Source: Macrostomum lignano
Taxonomy: Eukaryota
Length of the DNA stretch: 64,000 nt
Reading direction: 5' to 3'
NCBI GenBank assembly: GCA_002269645.1
Contig: NIVC01001549.1
Location: 205,411-269,410, forward strand
Both the position numbers and the translations under genes were made by a program. The notes under the pieces are model-generated. The model saw only the letters and a list, made by a program, of their open reading frames with translations, was not told where the DNA came from and did no database searches. How positions within the stretch are numbered: the stretch's first letter is position 1; each line of letters starts with the position of its first letter. Positions 9,889-42,210 of the stretch are shown here, in pieces.

Positions 9889-12800
9889 TTAAGTTTCTCC
9901 AGCTCCACTTGACTGCGTCAAAGCGAACATTGGAGCCTGCGCAATGAGCAGCTCAACGGCGTCCTCGCGCCCCAGTTCCCGCAGCACGTCAACCAGAGCT
10001 CCGACATTGGTGCCGCCCGGCCCGCCGACTCGTCGCCACTCGTCCAGCAGGACAGCCGTGCGGCTGCGCAGCCACTCGTTGCCGCTGTGCACCGCGGGCA
10101 CGGAGTGGGTCAGGCCGAGCCGCACTGCCAGCAGGCACCAGTCCTTGCCGAGCGGATCCGGCGGGTCAAACATGCGGCAGAGGCGCTGCAGAGTCGGGGC
10201 TCTAAGCGACGACAGTGGAAGCTGGGGGCCCAGGGTTAGATGCGACAGTAGCTCTCGGCTGCCAAAGCAGATCAGATTTTCCAGGTCCTCTTCTTCTTCC
10301 TCCTCGTCTTGTGTCTCATCGCACGTTGAACCGCTGGCGGGAAACGCGATCGGGATAGTTGGCGGCGGAAAGCTGATCAAGCTGCCCGACTCACTGGACT
10401 CCCCTGTTGTGCTTTGGTGCTTCTGCATTGCTCGAAACACGGCACTCTGCGGCACGGCCAGTTTAAGTCTCCTTGGAAACTGACGCAGCTCTTTCGGGCT
10501 GAGCAAAGCCAGATCGAACTCTAGGCCGGGGCACATGTCGTCAATTGTCTGCTCCAACAGGCCGGCGATGTCTTGGCAGATACCAAACAGAAGCTGGGCC
10601 CGGGCCGGCGGACCCCTGGCTCTAAGTCGGATCAGCTGATCCGATTCTTCGAGTTGCAGCATGCACTCGACGCAGCCTTCCAGAGACAGTTTTGAGCCGT
10701 GGAACCATTGGAAGAGATCGATGCGCAGCGGCTCCAAAGGCGGTGGTCTGCAGGCGGCTGCTTGAATACTCCGACGCAGACGGCACTGAACTCGAGGGAA
10801 AATATGCACTAGCTGGGAGGCGGCCATCGATGCCTTCAGTTGCCAGCCGCCATACACTGAGTTCTCGTGCTGAGCTGTCGGCTCCCATGGACTTCGGCCG
10901 CTCTCCAAGAAGTTCAAACAGGGAAACTCGTACTGAACATCTTCGTCACTGTCAGAATCTTCGGCGCCACCATCGAGGTCAGCTCGAGTGCAGAGATCCA
11001 GTGCAGACAGCAGTCGAACCAGCTGATCAGCAGCAGTTTCACCCGTCATGAACTGAACGTCATTCACTGAGAATGTACCTGTGACGCGAGCCTGCGCAAT
11101 GTTGTCATACGACAAAAGATAGCCTAGTACATCGGAACAGAGCCACTGCGGACTGAGCACAATCATGTCCTGCTCTACTTCTGATTCTAGGTAGACGACA
11201 TCGCCGGTGTATTGCAGCTCCTGGATGAGATCTTTCAGATGATCATCTGAGCATAATGGGTTGACTTTGCCCCTTACGGCTTCAATAAACTGCTGCCAGG
11301 TGAAAACTGGGAATTCTGTGGCTCCAGCCCATTCTGGTAGTCGGCTCGCCACAGTGTCGAGAAGACCATTGCCTCGAGGCAGGTGCCGCAAAATTTCCGT
11401 TCGCCAATCAGCCAGTCTCTGTCGAAGCGACTTCATTTCAGCAGACATTGCCTCGCTGGTGTCAACCGCGAAGACCTCGTGGCAAACTTCGAGCCTGTAC
11501 TGAGCCAATTCCTGCACCTCGAGAAGCAATCGGTCAGCGTCTGCACTCTCAAGGAGACCACGCGGTCCGTCGCCACGAAAGACAGTCGCCGCATCTGCGT
11601 GCGTTCCAATTAGCAGCACTCGGGCGAGGGTCTTTGGCTTGCCGCAGTATCCTAGAGGTTCCCTTGGTGGCAATCGGGCCAGCAAAAAGTGCAGCCAGAA
11701 CAGGACCCTCTGACGCATCGTCTCGTAGCATTCCGCTAAGCTGAACAGAATGGCGTGTACGCACGAAGTGTCGCCAATAAAATGATCGTAAAACAGATAG
11801 TAGGGCTCGTAACCAGAGAATTCCCACACGCTGAAGTCCCCAGCGCCAGTGATGTTCAAGTTTTGAACAGCTATGCCGCGTGTGTAGGCCTCGTGTTGGG
11901 CGTCAAAGCTAATTTCTGATGGTGCAGAGGACCGCTGCAACAGCGAGAAGCACTGCCGTCGGTCCAACTCGTCGTCACAGTCGCCAACAATTACTTGACC
12001 AGTGGAGGCGCCGCTTCCCCCACCGCCGCCGCTGCCGCCGGCAAGAAACGTCCGACGCAAAAAGCCGGTGATTCGGTTCGAGCGCAAACTGTCAATTAGA
12101 GCAGTCTTTCCGCTGCCGCTGTGACCGAACACCTTCAGCTTGATTCTGGGCAGGCTGCGCTGAGTAGGCACCAGCTGCTCAACGCAGACCGCTCGTCGCT
12201 CAGGTCGCATCCGGCCCAGTAAACTGGCCGTCATTGTGTGACCCTGCGCGAGTGACATAACCTCGGGTAGAAGGCCCTCTTGACTCGCCAGCTGCGGATT
12301 AGCGCCGGCGAGAAGAAGACAGCGAACAACTTCAAGATGACCAGCTCTGGCCGTTTGATGCAGTGGCGTGAGTCCTTGGACGTTGACAGCGTCAACTCGA
12401 CAACCGTAGGCACACAGCGCTTGGACAACTGGCAGCTGCCCTAAACGACTCGCTGCATGCAATGGAGAGTCGCGTTCCGACGAGTCGAGCTGATCAAGCG
12501 GTGCTCCAGCGCTTATTAGTAGCATAGCCATAGCCTGGTGCTGTCGTTGAATAGCATGTCGCAGCGGACCCCAGCCCTCGCTGTCCGGAATATCCGGTCG
12601 AGCCCCGGCACGAAGGAGGACGCGCGCGACTTCGATGCCCAAGGATTCGCTGACGATCTCGGAGGCCGCTATCACTAGCGGCGTGCGCTGGTGCCGCCTG
12701 TCGCGCGAATTCGGACTGGCGCGTCGACTGCCGAGTAGAAGTAGGCGCAGAATAGTCAGGTGACCCCCGCGACAGGCCAGGTGTAGCGGCGTCTCACCAG

Positions 12801-13227
12801 CTCGATTCTGGCCCTCCGGGCACACCGATCTATCCAGGAAAAAAGCCGCCACCTCGTCGTTGCCGACGTGGCTAGCCAGGTGAAGACCATTTTCGCAATC
12901 GGTGTTCAACTGGTGCAGGTCGGCGCCTCGCTGCTCCAACACCATCAGAGCCTCGACGGAACCGCTATCCGCCGCAACGTGCACGACCGTTCGACCACTG
13001 CTGTCGCGACAGTTCAGGTCGACAGTAGGCGGCAGCGTCAGCAATGCGTCGCGAACTTGGCTGGGATCGCCGCTTGCGGCAGCTTCAAACAGGCCGGCCA
13101 GCGGGAAGGACGCATCACCGCCTGCCGCTTCGCCTTCGCCGATATTCAAAGAAGCGTCGTTGGCATCGTTCGCCAAGGAGTTGACGCCGTCCGCAATGCT
13201 TGAGCCGTCAATTTCTAGTAGACTCAT
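9889..13227 (-). CDS. DAPK1: Death-associated protein kinase 1-like ROCO protein (ankyrin repeats, ROC GTPase, COR, death domain); no kinase domain in this ORF
   Basis: 1112-aa intronless ORF with about 8 ANK repeats, P-loop RIKLKVFGHSGSGKT, YTRGI, DAPK-type WEFSGYEPYY, COR region (VLSPQWLCSDVLG) and death domain DPPDPLGKDWCLLAVRLGL, as in DAPK1. Confidence 0.88.
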   Translation of the reverse strand: MSLLEIDGSSIADGVNSLANDANDASLNIGEGEAAGGDASFPLAGLFEAAASGDPSQVRDALLTLPPTVDLNCRDSSGRTVVHVAADSGSVEALMVLEQRGADLHQLNTDCENGLHLASHVGNDEVAAFFLDRSVCPEGQNRAGETPLHLACRGGHLTILRLLLLGSRRASPNSRDRRHQRTPLVIAASEIVSESLGIEVARVLLRAGARPDIPDSEGWGPLRHAIQRQHQAMAMLLISAGAPLDQLDSSERDSPLHAASRLGQLPVVQALCAYGCRVDAVNVQGLTPLHQTARAGHLEVVRCLLLAGANPQLASQEGLLPEVMSLAQGHTMTASLLGRMRPERRAVCVEQLVPTQRSLPRIKLKVFGHSGSGKTALIDSLRSNRITGFLRRTFLAGGSGGGGGSGASTGQVIVGDCDDELDRRQCFSLLQRSSAPSEISFDAQHEAYTRGIAVQNLNITGAGDFSVWEFSGYEPYYLFYDHFIGDTSCVHAILFSLAECYETMRQRVLFWLHFLLARLPPREPLGYCGKPKTLARVLLIGTHADAATVFRGDGPRGLLESADADRLLLEVQELAQYRLEVCHEVFAVDTSEAMSAEMKSLRQRLADWRTEILRHLPRGNGLLDTVASRLPEWAGATEFPVFTWQQFIEAVRGKVNPLCSDDHLKDLIQELQYTGDVVYLESEVEQDMIVLSPQWLCSDVLGYLLSYDNIAQARVTGTFSVNDVQFMTGETAADQLVRLLSALDLCTRADLDGGAEDSDSDEDVQYEFPCLNFLESGRSPWEPTAQHENSVYGGWQLKASMAASQLVHIFPRVQCRLRRSIQAAACRPPPLEPLRIDLFQWFHGSKLSLEGCVECMLQLEESDQLIRLRARGPPARAQLLFGICQDIAGLLEQTIDDMCPGLEFDLALLSPKELRQFPRRLKLAVPQSAVFRAMQKHQSTTGESSESGSLISFPPPTIPIAFPASGSTCDETQDEEEEEEDLENLICFGSRELLSHLTLGPQLPLSSLRAPTLQRLCRMFDPPDPLGKDWCLLAVRLGLTHSVPAVHSGNEWLRSRTAVLLDEWRRVGGPGGTNVGALVDVLRELGREDAVELLIAQAPMFALTQSSGAGET

Positions 13228-13366
13228 TACTTAGCTCTTAATTTGCATAATTTGAGCAGGCAGCGGTTGTAGTAGTGCGAGTTGCGGTAAGTGTCAGTTG
13301 ATTAGAATTTCTATAGCTGCTCAATTTGATCAGGCCTCGGACCGAAAGCTGATTTGTTCGATCTTA

Positions 13367-13930
13367 TTACATAGCCATCGGCGATTGGGCTGGGGCGGGG
13401 TTCGGGGTCAGACAGCTTCTAGTTCCAGCAGCGGGATCCGGGGTTGTTCGGGATAATATATGCAGAGTGTGTGGCAAATGCTGGGGCTTTGCTGGGAACG
13501 GAAGGATGGCATTGGGAGGGATTGGGGCACGCCACCGCGATAGAGAGAGAGAGAGAGAGAAGATGAGGAGAGAGGCGGGAGGGGGCGCTGCATTTTCAGT
13601 GGGTGGAAAAACGAATGCGCAGAGCTGACTGCAGGCACTGCGCGAGACTTGCGGCCATGAGCGATGGGACAGAAAAAAAAAGAGAGGCAGAGAGAGACCG
13701 TTGGATGGGGGAGAGGAGGGAGACTCCGAGACAGCCGACAGACGGTTTATCTGAGCGGAGGAGAGGGGGGGCCGGCCGCGGATTGTTAGGGCAGGCAGGC
13801 ATTGCGTGTAGCAATAGCGACGCGAGGTGGAAGGGACGAAGGTAAAGTCCTCTCTGAGTGGCCGTAGGGACGACTGCTCGAGACCTCGTCCGAGGGTTGG
13901 AGGGCCCGGTTGCGCAAATTCCTCGGACAT
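13367..13930 (-). other. Candidate upstream ORF or upstream exon of the DAPK-like gene
   Basis: Strong acceptor-like context cctaattccttcctcgcag|gaactcATG at 13936. The 187-codon ORF ends 140 nt before the DAPK ATG; its 3' half is low complexity. Confidence 0.25.
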
Positions 13931-14652
13931 GAGTTCCTGCGAGGAAGGAATTAGGAATAGTGAGAGAGTCGGGGAAAAAACACAGCTTTAGAGAGTGTTG
14001 AGGGAGTAGTCTCAAAATAGGTCCTCGGAGGCCCAGGGCAGAGGGGGCATTTGAGCGCTTGATGAGTGCGTTAAGTTCGAACGGCAGTGCTGCTGCTGCT
14101 GCTGTTGGCAGACGAAAAAATTGAACGCGGGTGGGAGGGGGGGGTAGCGGATCAGCAGGGAGTTGACTGAGATGCTGAATACAAATGCTACATCATGCTA
14201 TAGTACAGTTCTGCTTGTCTCGCGAAGACAAATAGGCAAAATCTGGAGTCAAGAGAGCAGCAAGCAAGCTATATGATCTAGAGTGAAATTTTATTGCTAG
14301 CGCTACGGTGTCTCACTGAAAGGATTTCGCAAGCGCAAACAGCGTCGCTATAACTACTCTGTAAAAAATAGTATCGTCTTTCCTTTCTAACCTCAAAAAG
14401 AAGGATAAAACCCCGAACTTCAAAAATAAGGATGTCTTGCAGTAAATATGCTCTAAACAGCCAGTTAGCCGTCAAGACGCCACAAGTACATACAGAGGCG
14501 GCAAAATGCAGCACAGAGTACTGACTGCACTCAAACGTGTGGTCACGTCAGTCACCTGCATCCCCACTGCAGCAGTGAGCGGCCGTGAAGTTCTAAACTA
14601 GCAATCTGGATTGGAAACTCATGAAGGACTTGGCCATCACCAGGGAGCTTTA

Positions 14653-15570
14653 GCACCAAGGGGCGCCAAGCACCAAGGGGCGCCAAGCACCACGGGGCGC
14701 AAAGCACCACGGGGCGCCAAGCACCACGGGGCGCAAGCACCAAGGGGCGCCAAGCACCACGGGCGCAAAGCACCACGGGGCGCCAAGCACCAAGGGGCGC
14801 CAAGCACCAAGGGGCGCCAAGCACCAAGGGGCGCCAAGCACCAAGGGGCGCCAAGCACCAAGGGGCGCCAAGCACCAAGGGGCGCCAAGCACCACGGGGC
14901 GCAAAGCACCACGGGGCGCAAAGCACCACGGGGCGCAAGCACCAAGGGGCGCCAAGCACCACGGGGCGCAAAGCACCACGGGGCGCCAAGCACCAAGGGG
15001 CGCCAAGCACCAAGGGGCGCCAAGCACCAAGGGGCGCCAAGCACCAAGGGGCGCCAAGCACCAAGGGGCGCCAAGCACCAAGGGGCGCCAAGCACCAAGG
15101 GGCGCCAAGCACCAAGGGGCGCCAAGCACCAAGGGGCGCCAAGCACCAAGGGGCGCCAAGCACCAAGGGGCGCCAAGCACCAAGGGGCGCCAAGCACCAA
15201 GGGGCGCCAAGCACCAAGGGGCGCCAAGCACCAAGGGGCGCCAAGCACCAAGGGGCGCCAAGCACCAAGGGGCGCCAAGCACCAAGGGGCGCCAAGCACC
15301 AAGGGGCGCCAAGCACCAAGGGGCGCCAAGCACCAAGGGGCGCCAAGCACCAAGGGGCGCCAAGCACCAAGGGGCACCAAGCACCAAGGGGCGCCAAGCA
15401 CCAAGGGGCGCCAAGCACCAAGGGGCGCCAAGCACCAAGGGGCGCCAAGCACCAAGGGGCGCTAAGCACCAAGGGGCGCTAAGCACCAAGGGGCGCCAGG
15501 CACCAAGGGGCGCCAAGCACCAAGGGGCGCCAAGCACCACGGGGCGCCAAGCACCAGGGGCGCCAAGCAC
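14653..15570. repeat. GC-rich 17-bp minisatellite (GCCAAGCACCAAGGGGC)n, about 54 units
   Basis: Direct reading of the tandem unit; explains the overlapping pseudo-ORFs at 14552-15579. Confidence 0.95.
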
Positions 15571-16299
15571 TAATTTCAAATTTCAGATACTAAAACTAAT
15601 TCCCTAATTTTGTTTTGAATTTTATCAACAGAATATTTTCCTCATTTAATAGCAATTTGATCTGACTTCTTTCCAGACACTGTTTCTAGCACTTCTTGGC
15701 CTATGCGAGATGTTTATCGCAAATAATGGCTTTCGCTCCCACAATCCGTTTGCCGAGTGAACTAAAATAGCCTGCCTTGGGAAAAGAGAGGAGAGAGGGA
15801 GAAAGTCGAAGTCAAGTGCGCTTCGTGGAAAAGGTGCAGCAGTCTTCCATCGGGGGTTATGACTAAACTATAAGACTCGTATATATACTGCATGCAGACC
15901 CACCCAGTCAGTCACTTCAGTCAGCTTTTCGAATCGAGCCCTGGGAGATTTCGACTGGCTGAAGGGCTAGACTTTTATCAGCTACGCCGCATCTGTGTGG
16001 TCCAGCCCTCAGTCTACGCTCGTAACAGAGAAAGTTCAAGTCGACCCAGGAATGCGAGATGCTGCGATGATGGGGGGGGGGGTTCGTTCACGTGGCGCAA
16101 GTGTATTGGGGTGTGGAGGGCAGGGCAAACTTGCCGTCAAAGTTGCGTGAAATTTCACAAAAGTCACAGCTGCTAGTAGATGATGCTGACAAAAAATGTC
16201 AGGCCCATGCCGCTGACCCCTGTTAGTTTTGTTAGAGGCAGGGGGCACACCCTGGCGCACTTTAAGCGTCATTGTCACACATCAGAGAGAGGCAATACT

Positions 16300-16550
16300 G
16301 CCCATCCCGCCGACACCCCTGAGCAAGCGCACGGATACGTACGCAGCCATACGCACAGGCACACACTCACACAGGAGTGTACAGCGGCCCTAACTTTATT
16401 TATCGTTCGGCATGTACACTTCACTGCGCCTTGGGGTTGGACGAGCAGAGCCAAGCCGAGATTCCAATTTAGCCCCAAATTAGTGTGACTGCACTTGGAA
16501 TCGAGCCTGGACCCCTGGTACATCAGAGCGCCACGCTGACCCCTGACCCC
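16300..16550 (-). mobile_element. Possible second tRNA-derived SINE remnant
   Basis: Minus strand reads ggggtcagcgtggcgctctgatgtaccaggggtccaggctcgattcc (B-box-like GGCTCGATTCC); only one copy seen and boundaries are uncertain. Confidence 0.25.
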
Positions 16551-17817
16551 TATGTGTGAACAGATTTTATAAGAAGACTTCATCAAATCATCATCTTCAT
16601 CTTCATTCTGAGATTAAATCATTGACTATCTCAACGATGCTGAAATACTGTTGTCATTTGATATTTTCCGTAAAAAGTGCATAAAAATGAATGGAATACA
16701 TATTGTTAAAATTATCCATCTGCACAAATAAATACTTTCAATGGGATGATATGAGAGAAAGCAGATGGATATTTCTTGCAAATCTTACAAATCGTGAAAT
16801 ACGATGTCATTTAAGCGCTAATTTTCCTCAATTCAAAAAAGTACAGAACGTCCTTTAAATGAAGTTGTCTCACCGGTCCTTTGGGAATAATTTTTTTTCG
16901 CAAGCGGTGTTCCTTCGTTAGCTAAGAGCAGCGTTATTCCACATTCAAATGGAAATTCGATTTTTGTAAGAAGTGGCATGGAAGCTGGGAATTTTGCATG
17001 ACAAAGCTTCTTGATGACTGCTTACTGGATGGTCGGTGCTAAAACCACTAATACCAATACTTAATATTCATACTGGTAGAATTCAGCGCTTTTCACGTAC
17101 ATACTACTATTACTAATTCTCAGTAGCAACTGAAGCACTTGAATGAAAAACACAGCAGAGATATACGGTCTGTCTGGTGTCAGGTGTCTGACTAATTAAA
17201 ATCAATCAGGTATTGGGAAGTTTAGCTGTAACTGAGCAGCAAACTCATTTTCATTCTAACTGTTTCTTTCATGTCACTTCCGTAATTGAAAGAGGCTGAG
17301 CCTGGGCATCGAATGGGGCCGGAAAGAGACAGTAAGTCTCCGCTAATGCTCTGCAGCTTCATCAAAAATTCATACACCATGCAGACGCTGTGTGGCCAGG
17401 AACAGGCAGAAGATTCCTAATTGAAAGAAGATGATGATATGCGGTCGTGGCAAGTCTCCAAAGCAATATGCGCACATGAGATAAAAAGGTTCCACCATTG
17501 GAGTGAAGATTCACTGCTGCTACAAGCAGCTCTTTGCGATGGCTTTCTATAGACAAAAAATAGGCTGATGCCTAACGAAGCAAGGCCCTACTGACACGAC
17601 TTGACGTGAGCAGCCCGTAATTCATTCCAGCTCAGGGCTTGATGCCCCCTATTGTACTCGCAGCCGCGCCTCATCTGGAATCTGTGTGTCTGGGCTGCCC
17701 TGGATTCACTCCATCCCTTCCATGCCGTGTGAGCTAAATGTAGAAATTCTGAGACCTCTGATTGCCCAGCTGATGGAGCTTGTGAGGCTTAATTTTGGCT
17801 GATAAATTCGGTTTCTA

Positions 17818-18412
<595 letters not shown>

Positions 18413-19154
18413 ATATTCTCAATTTCCAATTAACGCAACAATTGGCAATCAATGGAAGTATTAAGCTGCCAATAATCCAGCCATTTCTGGCACCGGGCGC
18501 TGACCAGCCGCCCAGTGAGTGCACTATAAACATCTGGCCTGTTTGAACTCACTGTTTATACTAAGGCCCCAGCAGGCCTCAGTTGACATTGCCAGAATTC
18601 TGCAGTCGTGCTGGCAGGCCTTCATCATCTGTTGCCCATAGCGGCAGTCCAGCTTCCATTCCATAACAGTTGACGAAGAAAATATTTTATCCTGCATAAT
18701 TCATCGCCAACCACAGAGCGGTTTTAACGTCTCGCGACACCCCGTGTCTTTTTCCTGCAACCCTCCCCTTTTTTCTTGAGGTTTTCTGTCAGCCTCGCAC
18801 CCGGCGTCTTTCGCACGCGCAAGGCAATAACTTCTTGTTGGCAAAGGTTTGTTTTAACTGGTAAACTAGCTTGCGCCGTTCGTTTCTTTGTTGCGGCGGT
18901 TGCTTTTTCTAAAGCAGTTCATATTTGTTTGCCCTCGAGAGTAGCTGGGGCTCAGGGCGCGACTTCTTTTAGTTGAATATTCAACAGGTAACTGGGTCGC
19001 AACAACTGGTAGTGCCCGGTTTCATTATCGTCAACTGCTAAGAGGGAAATCAAGCATTGATTGGGGAGTCGCCTATTTTGGTGACAAAGGGGAGATGGAT
19101 AACTCACCATTATTTCAAGCTGATGTGTCTGAGTTTCCATGAGCTAAAGATTGT

Positions 19155-19790
19155 GCTTGACGCCATTTTTGGTTTTGATTGTGTTTGACGCCATTTTTGG
19201 TTTTGATTGTGTTTGACGCCATTTTCGGTTTTGATTGTGTTTGACGCCATTTTCGGTTTTGATTGTATTTGACGCCCTTTTCGGTTTTGATTGTGTTTGA
19301 CGCCATTTTCGGTTTTGATTGTGTTTGACGCCATTTTTGGTTTTGATTGTGTTTGACGCCATTTTTGGTTTTGATTGTGTTTGACGCCATTTTTGGTTTT
19401 GATTGTGTTTGACGCCATTTTTGGTTTTGATTGTGTTTGACGCCATTTTTTGGTTTTGATTGCGTTTGACGCTATTTTTGGTTTTGATTGTGTTTGACGC
19501 CATTTTTTATTGTGTTTGACGCCATTTTTGGTTTTCATTGTGTTTGACGCCATTTTCGGTTTTGATTGTGTTTGACGCCATTTTTGGTTTTGATGGCGTT
19601 TGACGCCATTTTTGGTTTTGATTGTGTTTGACGCCATTTTCGGTTTTGATTGTGTTTGACGCCATTTTTGGTTTTCATTGTGTTTGACGCCATTTTCGGT
19701 TTTGATTGTGTTTGACGCAATTTTTGATTGTGCTTGGCGCCGTTTGATGGTTTTGATTGTGTTTGGCGCCGTACGATGTTTCTTATTGTG
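19155..19790. repeat. 28-bp minisatellite (GTGTTTGACGCCATTTTTGGTTTTGATT)n
   Basis: Direct reading; degenerates toward the right end. Confidence 0.93.
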
Positions 19791-20186
19791 TTTGGCGCTT
19801 CTTGGATGGCACAGATTGCCTTTGATGCCAGCTGGATGGCCTCTTTGCTGGGATTTCAGAAGCTCACAAGAAGTCAGAATTATTTAACATTGTTATTCCT
19901 TGCTTTTTTATTTCTGGACAAAAAAATAACGTAAAAACATTTGCTGCACCTCTTTAGAAATTCCATCAACAAGCGTCTTATTGAGGTGTAAGTTAATCCT
20001 CTTGACATCCAATTCACCTGAAGTTATAAAAATAGCCTCATGGGCGACACTCCGCAGCCAATCAAAGCAGTCCACCAATCGCCTGCAAGCTTGTAGATTT
20101 CTTTTCGAGGCAGGCATGAGCGACATCTTGATATCAGTCGGTCAGTCGGTGGTCGCCGCTCAGATCTGCCATCTGAGAGAATCCGC

Positions 20187-40009
<19,823 letters not shown>

Positions 40010-40954
40010 CAGCTCCAGGAGCGCTGGCTCTGGGAGCAGAGTCAACGGTGGATACCAGCTCATTGATTGAGATGTCCAGTCTTGTTAGACCTAGAGGCCA
40101 GAATTCCTCCGACGTACTCGTGCATACAATTGGCACAGAAGACGCCTCCTGCAGTATCCCAACAGATGCTGGTCCGGACTTTTAATTCGATTTACAGCGC
40201 CACTACTGCACCACTTTAACTAGCATATATTTTATAGGCTTTATAGCACCCACGTTTCGAAGTGGGGCATCACTTTCTAAGAAGCTTTGGTCCCCGGACG
40301 TCTAGAGCCCCGATTTGCCGATACTGTTACAAAAGGTTTTTACACAGCTGAATAAACCATAGCTTTAGTTATTTAACTTAAAACTCAGGATAGTTGATGG
40401 AATCGAGTTAGCCAAAAACAATTGGAGCTTAAGCCTACCAAGTAGGCTCATATGTACTGTAAAGTGCTAAAACTTTAAAATTATAGTGTAGCTGTGCATG
40501 TGATACGGGAGATTAAATTCGATCCAAGGACTGCTCTTTTCTTTGATGCATCAGTGTCTGCCGACTAAAATTGCTTCACATATTACTGTCGATCGCAACC
40601 GCGCAAACCTTGTGCATTTCCAAATTAAATCGTATACCAAATTACATAAGGACAAAATAAAAAATCCAACGACGATGCGACTTTCATACAATTGGCCAAG
40701 TTTAGTGACCTAGCGATTCATATACCGGTAGAAAAATATGCGTGTTTTTCTTTTTTTACTCTCAAAATACCAATCAAGTCACAAAATAAGTAAGAGAAGG
40801 TCCGAAGGAAGAGCTGCACGTTATGTAAAACTTAAGGACACTGGGAAAATCTTTTTATTCCACATTTCTCAAATCTTAAAAGAAATCAAGACGTCCCACA
40901 GATTTTTTTGTGATGGAGACGGCCTTGGAAAATGTCATCTTTTTGATAAATGTA

Positions 40955-41150
40955 AAATGAGAGGGAGAAGGGGAGAAGAGAGAGAGGAGGGTGAGAAAGG
41001 GGAAAGGGAGAGAGGGAGAGAGGGGAGAGGGAGAGAGGGAAGAGGGAGGGAGGGGAGAGGGAGAGAGGGGAGAGGGAGAGAGGGACAGAGGGGAGAGAGA
41101 GGGAGAGAGGGGAGAAAGGGATGGAGAGTGAAAGGGAAAGGGAAAGGGAA
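40955..41150. repeat. Polypurine (GA/GGA-rich) low-complexity tract
   Basis: Direct reading. Confidence 0.85.
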
Positions 41151-41944
41151 GACTGCTACAACGATCTGTCTCAAAAACACATATTCCATGTATTGATTGA
41201 ATACGAGCGTATTGGTTTCACGAACGGAATTCTGTATGCATTTGTCTCTCATTATAAAACCTACCTTTGTGTGCCTCCTTTCTCTGCATTCGTAATTATA
41301 CGTCGTACTTAGCTTAACAAGTGTTAAAGCAGACTGAATTCAAAGTTTAAAGACAGCACTGTCTGTAAATGCTTCTTTTTCAACAGTCCGCTACGCTTGA
41401 GAGGCGGAAAGTTACTAAGAGAAGTAACTACTATAGAACCAATTGTGTACAGCGGCTACTGCTGCAGTCACGGTGAGAGCAAAAATGCCTGTACACTAAC
41501 CATGGCTGGACTTAACAAGCAACTGTACTTTGATCGTCTGCCACGAGACGGGCAGGCAGAGCTAAATAAATTATATTTCAGACGTATTGTACAATTGTAC
41601 GCGTGCGTGAGCTATAGCGACGGCAGTTAATATTTACAGGAAAAAACATATTTTGCAAGCGAGCGCTGGCTAAAAAGACAGCATTAGCTGCAGACTGAAA
41701 TGCTTTCATATAGTTTTAAAGTGGAGCAACTCACTCAATTAGGAGCGCGTATGTAACAGACTAAACCTCGAATTCCGCTACTTCTTAAACTGTTTTTTAG
41801 CGTTAAGTAGCTAACGATTGAGCATTTGTAACAGGCAGAGAGGTAAGTGCGCTGCGAGTAAATGTGCTAATTTAATAAAATACTGCTTTAAACAGGATGC
41901 AAGATCGAAAGTCTACTACTGGCTTCCTCACTTATAAGAGAAGA

Positions 41945-42210
41945 GGGTGGTTGTAGCCTAGTGGTTAGAGCGTCAGACTCACGATTTGAAGGTCATGGGT
42001 TCGATTCTCGTTCCCACTGGAACAGTTTGTGTCCTTGAGCAAGCCTTTGCCTTGAGCATTGCTTCACTTCACACAGCTGTAAAATAGGTACCAGCATTAG
42101 CTGGGGTAATTGAGGGTGTGTGGCGATCCCCCCAGTCCTTGGAATGAACAGCCGTACGCAGCCTTCAGATGCGCCGCGCCATAGCTGCGGCTGAGCTGTT
42201 GGTTGCACAA
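41945..42210 (+). mobile_element. tRNA-derived SINE, copy 3 (best preserved head)
   Basis: A box TAGCCTAGTGG and B box GGTTCGATTCT, followed by GTGTCCTTGAGCAAG..CAGCTGTAAAATAGGTACCAGC, which resembles conserved SINE central domains (CORE/Deu-Nin type). Confidence 0.8.

Noticed and set aside
9944-13234. Plus-strand ORFs antisense to the DAPK-like gene
   Set aside because: Typical shadow ORFs of a GC-rich coding sequence, with no domain motifs.
17362-17556. KELLVAAVNLHS resembles kinase subdomain VIa (DAPK1 KQILNGVYYLHS), a possible missing DAPK kinase exon
   Set aside because: No HxDxKxxN or DFG follows in any frame, and no other kinase subdomain is found nearby; probably chance.
41945-42020. 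tRNA gene (also heads near 8240-8315 and 21105-21179)
   Set aside because: No clean cloverleaf or acceptor stem; each is fused to the same 190-bp body, so these are SINE heads.
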